Positions 48,757 through 61,875 of a DNA stretch of 64,000 bases are shown here, piece after piece. Source of the stretch: Camelus dromedarius (taxonomy: Eukaryota); assembly GCF_036321535.1 (NCBI RefSeq), contig NC_087437.1, positions 17,548,001 to 17,612,000 of the forward strand. The letters run 5' to 3'. Every line of letters begins with the position of its first letter. Positions within the stretch are counted from its first letter, which is position 1. The position numbers and the translations under genes are program-made. Below the pieces are notes generated by a model. That model made no database searches, had not been told where the DNA came from, and worked only from the letters and a program-made list of their open reading frames with translations.

Positions 48757-51700
48757 ACTTACACCACACCACACTTCCCCACCCCCCAACAACCCGCCTC
48801 CACTCGTCAGAAGGCACAAGCAGCTGATATTTCCACACAGAGTTCTCCAGAAAAGGATGGGTGGAAGCAGATTGCATGGGGCTGAGACCTAAGTAGGTTC
48901 TCCCATCTCTAACAAGAATCAGAATCTTGAAATTCTCTCTACGTTCAGGCTGAGGACAGTAGTAACAGCTCACTCACAGAGCTGGTTAGGATCCAATGAG
49001 ATGATGTATAAAGTACTTAGAACCACTCTGATATCAATGAGTGTTTCTTCTTACTACCAGGCTATTATCATGACATTGCTGGAAAACTAACATTTAAAGG
49101 AGAATTCAGCATCTTTGACCACTTCCAAGGATAAACAGAACACTCAGGCAGATGTCCCTCCAGGTCTTCTGAATTCTGTCGCTGGCAGTGTCATCTTGGG
49201 AGATTAATCCCATTTCCACCATCCTCCCTCCATCCTGTGACCTGATGCTCTCAGGCTCTCTTTTCCTTGCTCAAAAATAACAACTGTCTTTTCTTGTGTG
49301 CAGTTATGTTTCCTCAGTATTTATCTATTCAGTCCACCACATACCATTTAATTCTCGGAGGTAGGGATGTTGTTATCTCATTTGATAAATGAGGAGGAGA
49401 CCCCATGCTGTGGGGTGGGCTTGGTCAGCACTGCTGGTTGGTTTGGGTTGGCTCTCTGTCCTGGGCCTTGTTCCTGAGGTTCTTGGGTAAATATGTCTGG
49501 CTGGCTTCAGTCTCCCAGAATCTTCCTCAGGGACTCTGAGAAATGAAGTCTAACCTGGCAGGAAAGAAACACAGAGACAGACTTTGAAATGTTTCCCCTC
49601 ACAAAACAACACTTACTTGGGCCAATGCAATCATTTTTAGGAAACGTGTTATCTGTTAAGAAGTTATAGGTATAACCATTTAACTCATATCCTACGTTCT
49701 GTGAAAGACGCTTCCCAATCCTAGTTTTCTTTTCTTTTTTTCTCCTATCTTCAAAAGTTGGTTTCTTAACTTCTAAAGGAAAAAATTTATTATGCATTTT
49801 CTTTCATTTAAAAATATTTAACAACTGATTTGTGTGTTGCATGAAAGTTACACATTTCCTAAGATACATTTGCTATTTTATTTTCTTTTATTCAAAAATG
49901 TGTCAGTAATCTTTTTGTTAACACGAAGATAAAGGATTAGTAATGCAAGATGCAGTTTTCTTGTAACCTTCTTGAAAGCAGACTATAGTTTCTTATCTGG
50001 CTCCAACATTCATTTTCCTGAATTGGAAAAAAAAAAAAAGCGACTTAAAATGAAATAAACCACATTTGATTCCTAAGAGCATTGCTAGCAGGGAAATGTA
50101 CTGAGAAAGGCAGACTTGGTCGGATTCCAGAAATCCCCTCTGCTCCCCAAGTGAGAGAGTTGACTAGTTCTGCATTTTAAAGTACAATTTTCATGTGGGA
50201 AAGAATTGTGAATTGTCTCTCATTAATCACTAATCAGAAGGTATGGATAATTTTATTCCCTGAAAATTCCAGCTCTTAGGGGAAAAAAAAGAGGTGAAAT
50301 TTTTATAATTTTGGTTTAAAATTTAATTTTATTTATTGAATGCCTCTTCTTTGTGAGGGGCTAAGCAAGGTGCTGAGGGCGTTCAGACTGCCAGAGAAAG
50401 CCCTGTGCTCAATGGGATGGTTATACCCACTCACTGGATGGATTATGCCTCGATGGATGGGTTATACCCACTCCTCTGGACCCCTGATGGTGAGGGAGGA
50501 AATAGAGCACGTGGTTTTCACTCATCTGCAGTGTTCACGCACAAGTAGAGGGAACTGGTAAGTCTTTTGTGCTCTTTCCCTGTGGTCTAAGCGAGCTCGC
50601 CTCAGCCGTATGTGGAGGTGGGGACTCAAGCTGTTTGAAATGTCACCCGAGTGCCAACAGGGACTCTCTCCCCCCAGAATCTCTTAGGTGGATTGATCAG
50701 GTTGAGGGGGTTCCTGAAGACTGTAGTGCCCCCTCGCATGTGCCAGTTTCAAAGTGTGACTATCTAGCTTTGATGGAAATTTGTGACTGTGTCACCATGA
50801 AGAGTCCTGAGGAAGCCAGAGCTTTTGGGGGTGCGTTGCCGCCAGACATTTGGCTCAGCCCAGCAAACATCTGGCTTATCCGGTACCAGACCCTGGGCTG
50901 GGCCCTGGAGGAATGCAAGAGAGTGAGACCCAGTCCCTGCCCTCCAGGAAAGACCCCCAAACATATAATGAATGTTAAGATGGGGGGGCCAGAGGAGGGG
51001 CACACAGGTGAACCTGGGGGTTCAGGGGAGCTCCTGGGAGGAACATTATTAGTTGAGTGTGGAAGGGGGAGTCCGAGGTGGCCAGGGAAGGAAGTATGAG
51101 GCGGCACTACCGCAAAACAATGGAACTCAGCAGGAAGTTCCACTCTGCCACTGGTCAGGCCAGGGCAGAGCCTGTGGATGCGGCCATAGAAGCCATGGTG
51201 GGCTTTGTGAGAGCAGCTCTGTGATCTGAGGTGGCAGGGACCAGGTTTCAGTGTAAAACGGGAGGCAAGGAAGTGAAGGCCAAAGGGAGGTGTGACTGAC
51301 TGAGGAGAGAGGACATAGCGGGAACCCTCAGTGCACTGGAGATGGGAAGGATGAATCCAGGGAAGGGTCCAGGAGGCGGGGGCTCCGGATCCCGGTTTGG
51401 GGAGGGCGCTGGCCTTGTGCAGGAGGAGGGCACCTCACACTGGGCTGGCTCTGCGGGTGCGGGAGCTGTGCTTTGAGCCCCTTCACTCCCAGTTCGCTCC
51501 CTCTTCCCCACTAGTCAGGTAGGCTTTTCGCTGAGAGGAGCCGGTGAGAGAGCTGCTGACGGAACAGGTGAAGGAGCACAGACCAGGAAGAAGAGACCTT
51601 GGCCTGGAGAGGGTCAGGTCTCAGGCAGATGGTGGGACTGATGAGGGGCTGGGTTTTGCGCAGGCGCAATGGAAGAGCTGGAAGCAAAGGAGGCGGTTCT

Positions 51701-53299
51701 GATAACTGCCGGTGGGCTCTGCCCGGGAGGAGAAAAGCAGGCCGGGGTGGGGGGTGGGGGGTCATAAGCTGGAAAAACAGGAGTGATCAAGGCGCTCTTG
51801 GTCTCTTTCAGAGAGGGCGTGATGGACATGCCCCTCCTCCCTGCTGTGTACATTGCTCTGTGTTTCTGTTTGTTTGTTTTTGTTGTTGTTGTGTGTGTTT
51901 TTTTTTCAAATCTGGTTTTAATGAAAGTTTTTTAAATTTTATTTTAATGTTACATTGAAATGAACCAGAAACTGTCTAGAAGGCAACTATGTTAGGCTAG
52001 AAACCGCTCTAAATGTTGCTCTGTCCAGGGTAGGAGATGCTGAAACACAAATAAAAAAAAGTGAGAAGGATCAGAGAGATGAGACCGGGGAGAAAGTTAA
52101 AACAGGTAGGTCTTGGGAAGAATATTTCTGAAAGGCAGTGCCAGAAAGGTAGTTCCTACCTACAGGGTAGGTGTTTGGTAAACAGTAATTGAGTTAAATT
52201 GAATTCAGTTTTGGCGCCTGGAGGAGGTTGGGCACCTGGGGGAGCTCCAGGCAAGGTTGTTCTGTATGTAAATGCATCATATTTACAATTTCACAAAGCT
52301 CAGCACCTGAGGAGACAGTGTTTCTGCTTTGTGTCCCAATCACCAGCAGCTCCTTTGCACAAACATCGCCCCTACTAGACCTGGGTTCCTGGAAGCAATT
52401 GTGATCTGGCGTGTTCTCTGCCCCTACAGGTTGCAGCCTGGCACCTAGGACGTGCTTGTCAATGAATGCCACACCCCAGAGCTGGCTCCATCTTTGAGAA
52501 ACGGAATTAGAAACCACTGGAGAGGAAGAGGAATCTTTCAGAAGGCCAGAAGGAGGTCTGGCTGGGAGGGGGCAGAAGCCGTCCCTTTGTACTTGTCCGC
52601 ATTGCTGCTGGTCTGAAATACCTCACACCAGTGGAATTGCTGCTGTCAGCAGGAGAGGGCATTTGGGATGCTCAGAGGTGGCCTCATGGGACGATGGATA
52701 TTTTCCAAGGTTTCCTCCCTCCCCACCATGTTGTTCCCAGTCTCTCCTATCCTCACTGCCCCCACCCTTCTCCAAGTGGCCTTTCTCCTCCATCCTGAAC
52801 AGTCTTCCACTTTCACTGAAAGAGGACACAAAAAACATAGACAAAAGAGTCAATTCTTTGTTTTTTTTTAAACTTCAAAAAGCTAAGCCCTAAAGAAAAC
52901 GGAATATAGAGTTCACCAAAAACCAGTGGTTGTCACCCTCACAGGACCCAGCAGGCTCCCTTTTCCTTTAATTCAACCTTTCTTTTACCAAACATTTCAT
53001 TTACAGCAGATGAGATAATAGTAAAATGAGCCTCATGTACCCATCAACCAGCTTCAACAATTTTTGATCCGTGGTGCATCTTGTTTCATCTCTACCTGAC
53101 TCACTCTACACCCTATTTCAAAGCAAATCATAGCGTTTAATCTGCAAATACTTCTGTATGCGATCTTTTAAAATAAAAGGCTCTGTTAGAAAACATAACC
53201 CTAATACGATGATTACAGCTAAAGATAATTAATGGTAATTCCCTAATTACTGTGTTCACATTTCCCTGATTAACTTAAACATTTTTAACTATTTGTTTG

Positions 53300-54180
53300 A
53301 AACCCCTCTTTACAATGGCTACTTTGCAAGTTCCCCTTATTATCCTGAAATAAAAGAAATAGAAATTATAAACTACCTACGTAAAAAACAAAAATAAACA
53401 AACAAACAAAAAAACCCCAATATAGTGCCCTCTCTGAATATAAAGGAGAAATAAAATTAAAACAACTTAAAATTAAACATACATTTCAATGTTTAAGTAC
53501 TTGAACATGACTACAGTAGAGGATATAATAATGTAGCTCTAGGCTTGAACTTGATCATAGAATCACTGTGAAAGTGACAGCTTTGAACACAGACTGATAT
53601 AGATGTGTCATCTGGTGACAATTACTATAAGAAGCATTGCCATTAGTAATATACTTCTTTGAAATGAACTCTTGAAAAAATTTCTGACAAAACAGAGTAC
53701 AGCCTTCCCTTAATTTACAACACTGATGCTGTTTCTCAAAATTCAGTGTATATTTAAAGTGTGCAAAAATTCCTTTGTGTTTATATGTAAAATAGAATTA
53801 GGCTCTAGATGTGGATAATTACAGGCTATTTTTAATTTTACTTATTAAAATTTTTTCATTTATAGTTTAGTATTATTATTTGCTTTAAAAATACATTAAT
53901 GAAGTGTGATTGACATACACAAAGCTGAGTGTATTTAATAACACAACTGACAAATTTGGAGATGAGTAGATACCCTTGAAACCATTACCACAATCTATGA
54001 CTTAAGCAAGTCTATTGCTTCCAAAAGTTTCTTCCTATCTTATAAACAATTTTTAAAACTGACATGAATGTCTGGAGAAATATTCAAAAGTCCCATGGGA
54101 CAGAACAATTCTTTGCTGGTGAGACTGTCCCATGCATTGTCAGAGGACTGCTATTCTTGCCTCTTGCCCACTGGGTGCCA
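53300..54180. mobile_element. Decayed hAT-Charlie-type DNA transposon sequence with small L1 fragments
   Basis: AT-rich segment ending 'aattctttg...gactgtcccatgcattg'. The L1 3'-like piece at ~53890-54040 reads 'gaaaccattaccacaatc'. Family uncertain. Confidence 0.4.
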
Positions 54181-54289
54181 GAAATATTTTAGTTTAAAGG
54201 AGATTGAGGGAATTTGACACCTCAGTTCCATGTATGATTCTTAACTGAATCTTGGATGGATCTAAAAAAGAACTATAAAGAACATTATT

Positions 54290-55115
54290 ATGAGGTATCA
54301 CCTCACACCAGTCAGAATGGCCATCATTCAAAAATCCACAAGTGACAAATGCTGGAGAGGCTGTGGAGAAAGGGGAACCCTCCTACACTGCTGGTGGGAA
54401 TGCAGTTTGGTGAAGCCATTGTGGAAAACAGTATGGAGATTCCTTAAAAGACTAGGAATAGACTTAACTGTATGACCCAGGAATCCCGCTCCTGGGCATA
54501 TATCCAGAAAGAACCCTACTTCAGAATGACATCTGCACCCCAATGTTCATAGCAGCACTATTTACAATAGCCAAGACATGGAAACAGCCTAAATGTCTAT
54601 CAACAGATGACTGGATAAAGAAGATGTGGTACATTTATACAATGGAATACTATTCAGCCATAAAAACTGACAACATAACGCCATTTGCAGCAAGATGGAT
54701 GCTCCTGGAAAATGTCATTCTAAGTGAAATAAGCCAGAAAGAGAAAGAAAAATACCATATGAAATTGCTCATATGTGGAATCTAAAACAGAAACAAAAAC
54801 AAAAACAAAACAAAAACAAACAAAGCATAAATACAAAACAGAAATGGACTCATAAACATAGAATACAAACTTGTGGTTGCCAAGGGGGCAGGGGGTGGGA
54901 AGGGATAGATGGGATTTCAAAATTGTAGAATAGATAAACAAGATTATACTGTATAGCACAGGGAAATATACACAAGATCTTATGATAACTCACAGAGAAA
55001 AAAATGTGACAATGAATGTGTATATGTCCATGAATAACTGAAAAATTGGGCTTTACACTGGAATTTGACACAACATTGTAAAATGATTATAAATCAATAA
55101 AAATCTTAAAAAAAG
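54290..55115 (+). mobile_element. Young 5'-truncated L1 (ORF2 C-terminus + 3'UTR)
   Basis: ORFs 54290..54475 and 54543..54785 (frameshifted ORF2 end), AATAAA and A tail. TSD GAACATTATT at 54280-54289 and 55116-55125. Confidence 0.95.
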
Positions 55116-55448
55116 GAACATTATTGGGGTAACTGGGGACATCTGACTATCAGATTGTGAATTTCTTGATCATCTGGATAATTATTGTTCTATTCTTATA
55201 ACTCTTCCAGCTATTTGAAAACTTTGAAAATGTTTTTGGGAGCTGCCCTGACAAGTTTTCAAGATTGTTGTGGGGGCAGTGCCACTCCCATTGAGAACTG
55301 GTGCCTTAAGTGAAAGATCCTAAGGTCTGGAGATTGAGTTGTGGGAAAAACTAGAGGGTTAGAAATGGGAGTGCCATTCTTTCCCTTGACGTAGGTTCAG
55401 GGGGTACCTAGAATCTCCTATATATACATATACATATATATATATTTA

Positions 55449-55558
55449 GGAGGGGAGGTAATTAGGTTTCTCTGTTTATTTAATGGAGGTACTGGGGATC
55501 GAACCCAGGACCCTGTACATGCTAGGCATGCACTCTACACTGAGTTATACCCTCCCCC
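55449..55558 (-). mobile_element. tRNA-derived SINE (vic-1-like)
   Basis: Antisense 'gaggtaattaggttt...taatggaggtactggggatcgaacccaggacc...ctgagttataccctcccc', next to a (TA/CA)n tail at ~55419-55445. Confidence 0.9.
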
Positions 55559-58500
55559 TCCAAATTCCTTTAAATTTGGATTTCCAAGAATAGTAATGAC
55601 TTGTAACCTACTCATCTCTGGGACTTCAGAAGTGGCATCCTTGCTGATATTCCCCAGGCCACAATGGCATGGGAGTATCTTCCCACTGGGAAAGCATCAG
55701 AAAGTCCCCATGTCCCTAGGAGAAGCACATAAATGGCTGATAAAGGGAGAATTGCTCATGCTGGTGGGTGCTAGCAGATGGGCGAGGATGACTGTGGGCC
55801 AGAGGCCCCCTCCATGCCCACTCCCACATCCTGGACTTCAGTGCTATCTCTGGAATTTAGCTGCTACCTTGAATCAAAAGGGGATGCAGAGCAGGGTAGG
55901 GGAGTGAGATGGGGTGGAGGAGGAGGGACACACACCATTTGACTGAGTTAAACTTAAAATGGCCACATGATCACTAATTTGAACTCCCTGGATGTGACTA
56001 AATTGTTGGCTGCTGTCAAATGGAAAGGGGGCGGGGCTCAAACCGAGTGGAGATATAGAAAAGGAAGTCATATCTCTTTTGGTCAACCTGATTTTGTGGC
56101 TTGTGAAAACTTGAACCTGCTGACATAGTGTCCATGGAATATTCACTTTCAGAATTTGACAGGATGCTCTTTATTTTATTTCATGTTTCTCAGTGCCATT
56201 GCTTCAGTGCTCAGAGAAGTTGAGAGGTCAGGGGGCATCGCTGTAGATACAGGATGTAACAGACAGATGACGAGGACGCAGACAGGTTTGAGCAGACACA
56301 GGAGTACTATTCTGATAGAGGCAGGGAGCTGCTGGGGAGAAGTCAAGTCTGAAATTGTGGGGATGGGAAAGTGACAGACGGCTGGGGAGGCTCTTTCCCA
56401 GTTCTCTATTAAAGAAGTGATGAGGAAGACAGTTTACTCATTTAGTTAAAAAATATCAGTTTGCAAACAAAAATCCTATTCCTCAATGAGGACTTCGAAG
56501 AATATACAGGCCCCTCTGAAAGAAAACCCCTGGGCCTTCACCCACCCTTTGTTTAATCAGAGGATGAAGTAGGAACCAGCAGGGGCAGATGGCTGAGATC
56601 CTATCTCCACAGTCCCAGAAATTAGGAACATTAATTTTAAAGGGGGATTAGAGCACAGAAGAACATTTTAAAAACATCATGCATTTTCATAAGCATCTAG
56701 GCACGCTCCCTGGCTAGATGTTTATGTGACGGGTCTTTGGAACAAAAACTGTGACAGAAGCAAGGGAGCGCTCTGTAGAGGGGAAGATACCGATATTTGT
56801 CTGGCTAAAGAACCAGGAGGGGTTCTTCTCTTGTCTCAGTTTTGGTTGCTTGGCCCATGGGATGGAGGAAGAAGCTGGCATCCATCCAGCTCGGCGGATC
56901 ATGGTGCGTCTGGGATCTGAGGCCTCTCTTAAGACCTAGTGGCTTCCTTAAGGGAGTCCTAAGCTAGGAGCAGTGAGGCGGTCCATCCATCCTGGACCAG
57001 ACCTCTACAATAGTTCACTTCCCCGCCCTTGTGACCTCAAGTCAGTCTGGTGCTGTAGTCCTCAGGCCGGTGAATGTGTCCCTGCTGGGGACACCCAGAG
57101 ACCTTCCATGTGGCATGAAGGCGCACGGATAGTTTAGCTGCCCAGACTCCACATGTCTTTTTTCCTGCTATTTATCTGCTTGAGGACATCCCTGAGGTCT
57201 ACAGATTCTCCTTTCTCATCTTGCCTCCCACTCTCACGTTAGAAAACATTGGCATACCTCCCTCCCGACTTTGCCTCATGATGGATAAACTTCCGGGGGC
57301 AACAAACCAAAGGTGCAGCCTTGAGAGAGTGACTGGCTTTGATGATGGGGTCGAAAGTCCTCTCGCTACTCAGCTGGTTTCTGATTCTTCACTTTCATCC
57401 AAATTGATGTGAGTCCCTTGTCCCTGACCTGTGCCTCCCTTTTTACCAAAGAAACGTTTAAGACATAATTATTATGTCTAGGAGAGCATTCATTGTGCCT
57501 GAAATCAAGGCGTGTCTCACCATCAATGGCACCTTATAATTCCTTCAGTTAGGTCTCGGTCATGAAGTGGTTTTATTGCCTGACAATTTCAAATAAGAAA
57601 ACTCCAGAATGAAAACTTACAGAATGCTGTCCTGCTGGAAGAAAATCCCAGAGATGATAGTGGAACATCAATAAGAAATGTTGCTTCCCCTGTGTTCTTC
57701 CTGGCACAGAGGATGATATTGGGTAGAAAACTGTGGTCATTAATGTCTCATTTGAAAAGTGATTCAGAAGAGCTGGGCTCAAAATGTGAAGATGTTATAG
57801 GAGAACCATAGCCAATTTATTTCACGTATATTATCCTTTTTATGAATGTACCAGCATGGTGTATATTTAAAATCTATGTCTAAAAATTAAAAAAAAAAAG
57901 ATCTCCCAATAAATCTAAAAAAATTTCAAAATGATCAGAAAGCCTTGCATCATGGTTAATTGGCAGGATGTTTTTTCCCCCTCTAGGTATGTATAAGAAT
58001 GTGTCTTGTAAAAAGTAATGTGTTAGATTCAGTGAAATACAGTATATTTAATGATTATATATCAAAATACATAATATATTTATGTTGCTCCAAGTAACTA
58101 TCTAATAACTAATGATAATGTAGTTCAGAAGAAAAATGTTAACACATTTTATGGTTATGAACTGTATGGGTATAGGAAATTAAAAAAAAAAATCTTCCTT
58201 TCTGTCTATACACACAATGTGGTAATAATAGTTTTCACAGTGCCAGACATATGTCCCTATGTTCCCTTTGAAAATTTAAAATATCTGTATGTGTTTATTA
58301 TAGCACTCTGGGGTCCTCCAGCACACGGTTTGGGAACTGCAAGTATATGACGTATTTATAATCTTCTCCACTGACTTAATGAAGTTCAGGCTCATTGTTT
58401 CCCAGAGGCAGTCGGGACTCTGGCAGCAGCTCAGGATGAAACCTTCATGGAACTGGACAAAGAAGAAGCCAAAAACAGTCCAAGGAGGAACCTGGGGCCT

Positions 58501-61500
58501 GGGGAAAACCTTTCACGAATCTTACACGAATAGCCATTTGTGTATCTAATTTTGAGAGGCCTCTTATCCTGACTGGCTGCTAAGGGTTTTAACACTGCCA
58601 CGCGCAACATCCTCTCTCTCTTCTGACGCAGTCTGAGGTCGTAAACTCCGAGAAGACAAAGACGGGGTCTTCTTCACAATTACATACGACAACAAAAACT
58701 ATGTATAATTTTATATTATACCCAGTGCAGTGCCTGGACTTAAGAAGGTACTTAATAAATATTTATTGATCTAAAAAAATCAATAAATTAATCAATGGAA
58801 GAAAGAACAATATCATATCTAGTATTAAATACAATTCTTTGAACTTTGTTGAAGGAAAGTGGTGAAACATAGTGTTTTGTCTGCTTAGGACAGATGCTCA
58901 TCTACATCAGGGTGGGCGTCAAATCTGGTAGCCAGGTATGATTTAAGAAGAACACTAAGTGTGTAGGGAGGCAATAAGGCCCCACGTCCCCTTCTGTCCT
59001 GGAGACAAATACTAGGCAATCTTGGTCCCATGCTTAATAATCCTGATTTTCAAACTTTCCTTTATTTTGCCTACAAAGTAAGAAAACACTCTTTTGATCT
59101 TGTGCAGAGGAAATAAAAACCCCTTTTCTATGTACAGAATCTCCTTTCTATGTTAATAATAGGAGATTTTTTTTTTGATCTGCCAAGCTGCATCCCCCCA
59201 TCTATGTTCTTTAAAAACATAACTAAAAGTTTGCAGCTGTCGATTCTCTGAGGCCATTTGAAGTTCTGAGTTCCTGGAGTTCCCTGTGTTGCTGTGAACT
59301 CTCGAATCTCTGGCTTGAGATGTACCCACCCGGATCTGTGGCCCCCTGGGCTCTGTCCCGCATCAGACCGCCTCTGCTGCGCCTCCAGGTGATCACACTC
59401 TCTGCTGTTCGTCCCTGGATTCTGCAGTTCAAGGCGGGGAAGGGGTGGCTGCAGGCACCAGGGATGAAAAACTGAAGCCTTGGACAAATGCTAGGACATA
59501 AAACCACGAAACTTTTTCAAAGGGAAAGGCAAGGCCGTGGCGAAGTAAAAATGATGAAGAGGTGTTTTTAACAACAGCCGGTGACCCTGATGATTCTTTC
59601 AAAGTCAGTTATTTTGAATGGTTTAAGGTGTTAACCTTGGCCCAGACCAGCTGCCTTTGAGCCACCAAGGCTGAAGGTGTCCAAAGTGAATTATGCAGAA
59701 GGCCGTTTAGGCTGAGCCTCTTGGCGTTCTGAATCGGATGCCATTTTTAATTTTTATTTTCCTCGTGGTTGCTGTGTGTGTGTTTGTTTGCAAAAGCAGT
59801 TTAGGCCCTGGGATTGCAAGCTGTTCTGCTCAGACCCAGGCTGCTCTGCTATCTCCGATCTTTGTTCCTCACCTCGTTTGGAAGGATTGTTACACATTTG
59901 TAAGTACAATGGGATTATTTATTCATTGTGTCTGTCCACTCTTTTCTGTGCCACAAAAGGAGAAATAGCCTGCACTGCGACTTAAGAGCTTTCTGACCGC
60001 TCCAAAGTCATGACATTTCCTTTGCTTTTTGATGGCTGGCTTTGAAAAGCCAGGGAAGCTGGGTGACAAACCCTGTTGGCTCCAAGAGGGAGATGACTTG
60101 TCGTTGTTGTGAAAAAGCATATTTAGTCACTTTTAAAAAGCAAATTGCGGACTTAATAGAGGCACACAGTCTTCTTTGGAGATTGCTACAAGGTGGATTG
60201 TCTTGATAAAATATTTGAAGCCAGAAATCCATCAAGCGTCAGTGAATATAAGCACTGACCTGAACCCAAGCACACAACATTCTCACCCAACTTCAGAGTT
60301 ATTATTTTTTTTAATAGAGAAAGGATAACTGTCCAGTACCTTTCATTTTGTCTTCTTTGCAATTCTTCCAGTTCCAAATCAAATGAAAGAGTCTGATGAT
60401 GAACTATTTCGAGTCTATCTGAGACCATACGCATTGGTATCTGTAGGCTCAGCTTTTTGGCTTTTCTGCAGAAGCTGTGACCGCGCACTTGAAGCTGAGT
60501 ATTTAGCAAGCCCTTTGCTGGCCAAGGGCAAATCTCTGTGTTGAACGGAACAAATGCCTTCTCAGCATCACCCACTCCACAGCCCCTCCATCACTGTGAG
60601 GTTTACTGTGCTCTTTAGGTGATATTGACAGCGCAGCTCTAAGTCCTGTTGATTTCCTCCTAAGCACTCACCTGCCTGGGAGGTGGCTGCCGCAGGTGAG
60701 GGTGGTGTCTCTAGCCTTGGAGGTGCTTTACTGGATGCAGATGAGAGCGAGTGAGAGAGAATCAGTTGTTACTCACATTTTTTTTTTCTATTAAAGTAAT
60801 AGCTATATCAAGTAAGAATATGAATGATTAACAATGATTTAATTACTAAGCCCTCTCCCAAACCATTGTTTCAGAGCCTCCGTTTTCTGCCATGAAAGGG
60901 AAGTAACACACCTTTCCTACTCGTGGGCTCTTGGAGCACAAATTCAGTGGACTGTGTTGAGAAAGCAAAAAAGCTGAGCGTTAGAAGGGGATTTTATTTG
61001 AAAAACGAAACAAGCACCTTGCAGAATGGTTGTGTTCCGTTGTGAGCCATGGATTGAACAAGATGAAGAGAAGCCTTAGTTTGGGAGGTGGGCAGCCGGA
61101 GCGGGCACCGCTCAAACTGATCTGTAGATTTAATACACTCCCATTAGAAAAGCCACCAAGGTTGTAGAGATTGGGAAAGTAATTCTAAAGTTTGAATGGA
61201 AATAAAATGACCTACACTAGCCAAAACAATTCTGAAAAAGAAAAATAGTTGAAGGACTTAGACTTTCTTATCTAAGTCCTTGTCCTGGCCCTGCAGCCCA
61301 GGCCCTTGGAAAGGCGGTGATTGTAGCATTTGTCTTTCTTTTTAATCCCTTCCCTCTTTCCTTCCTGGAAAAGAAAAGTACAGAAAAATAGAAAGATCAA
61401 TGTAAGATCAATGCTTGCGTACTCACTACCCAGAATTAACTAATATTTGCACTTAGTCATTTTTTGCTTTAGGTTTTAAAAATCATTGAAAAGAAATAGA

Positions 61501-61506
61501 ACCTTA

Positions 61507-61875
61507 TGAAAATACCATATGATGTCACTCATATGTGGAATCTGTTAAAAAAAAAAGGCACGAATTAACTTATCTACAAAACAGAAGCAGACTCACAGAC
61601 ATAGTAAACAAACTTACGGTTACCAAGGGGGAAAAGGGATGGGAAGGGATAAATTGGGAGTTCAAGATTTCCAAATACTAACTACTGTATATAAAATAGA
61701 TAAACAACAAGTTTCTTCTGTACAGCACAGGGAACTATATTCGTATCTTGTAGTAACCTATAATGAAAAAGAATATGAAAAGGAGTATTTGTATGTATAT
61801 GGATGACTGAAACATTATGCTGTACATCAGAAACTGACACATTGTAAACTGACTATACTTCAATAAAAAAATAAA
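61507..61875 (+). mobile_element. Young L1 3' end inserted in an older L1ME-like fragment
   Basis: 'aaataccatatgat.tcact.atatgtggaatct...aaactgactatacttcaataaaaaa'. TSD aaaagaaatagaa(c/t)ctta at 61489-61506 and 61876-61893. Confidence 0.9.

Noticed and set aside
57611..57679. Minus-strand exon ending at the GTAAGT donor at 57605-57610
   Set aside because: The donor is good but the upstream acceptor choices are weak or ambiguous and no peptide is recognisable.
59138..59168. miRNA-like hairpin
   Set aside because: The stem is only ~8-10 bp, far too short for a pre-miRNA.
60186..60575. Coiled-coil-looking ORF (…LSFDLELEELQRRQNER…) as a coding exon
   Set aside because: The putative acceptor near 60441 lacks a pyrimidine tract, the donor (AAG/GTACTG) is weak, and I recognise no homologue.
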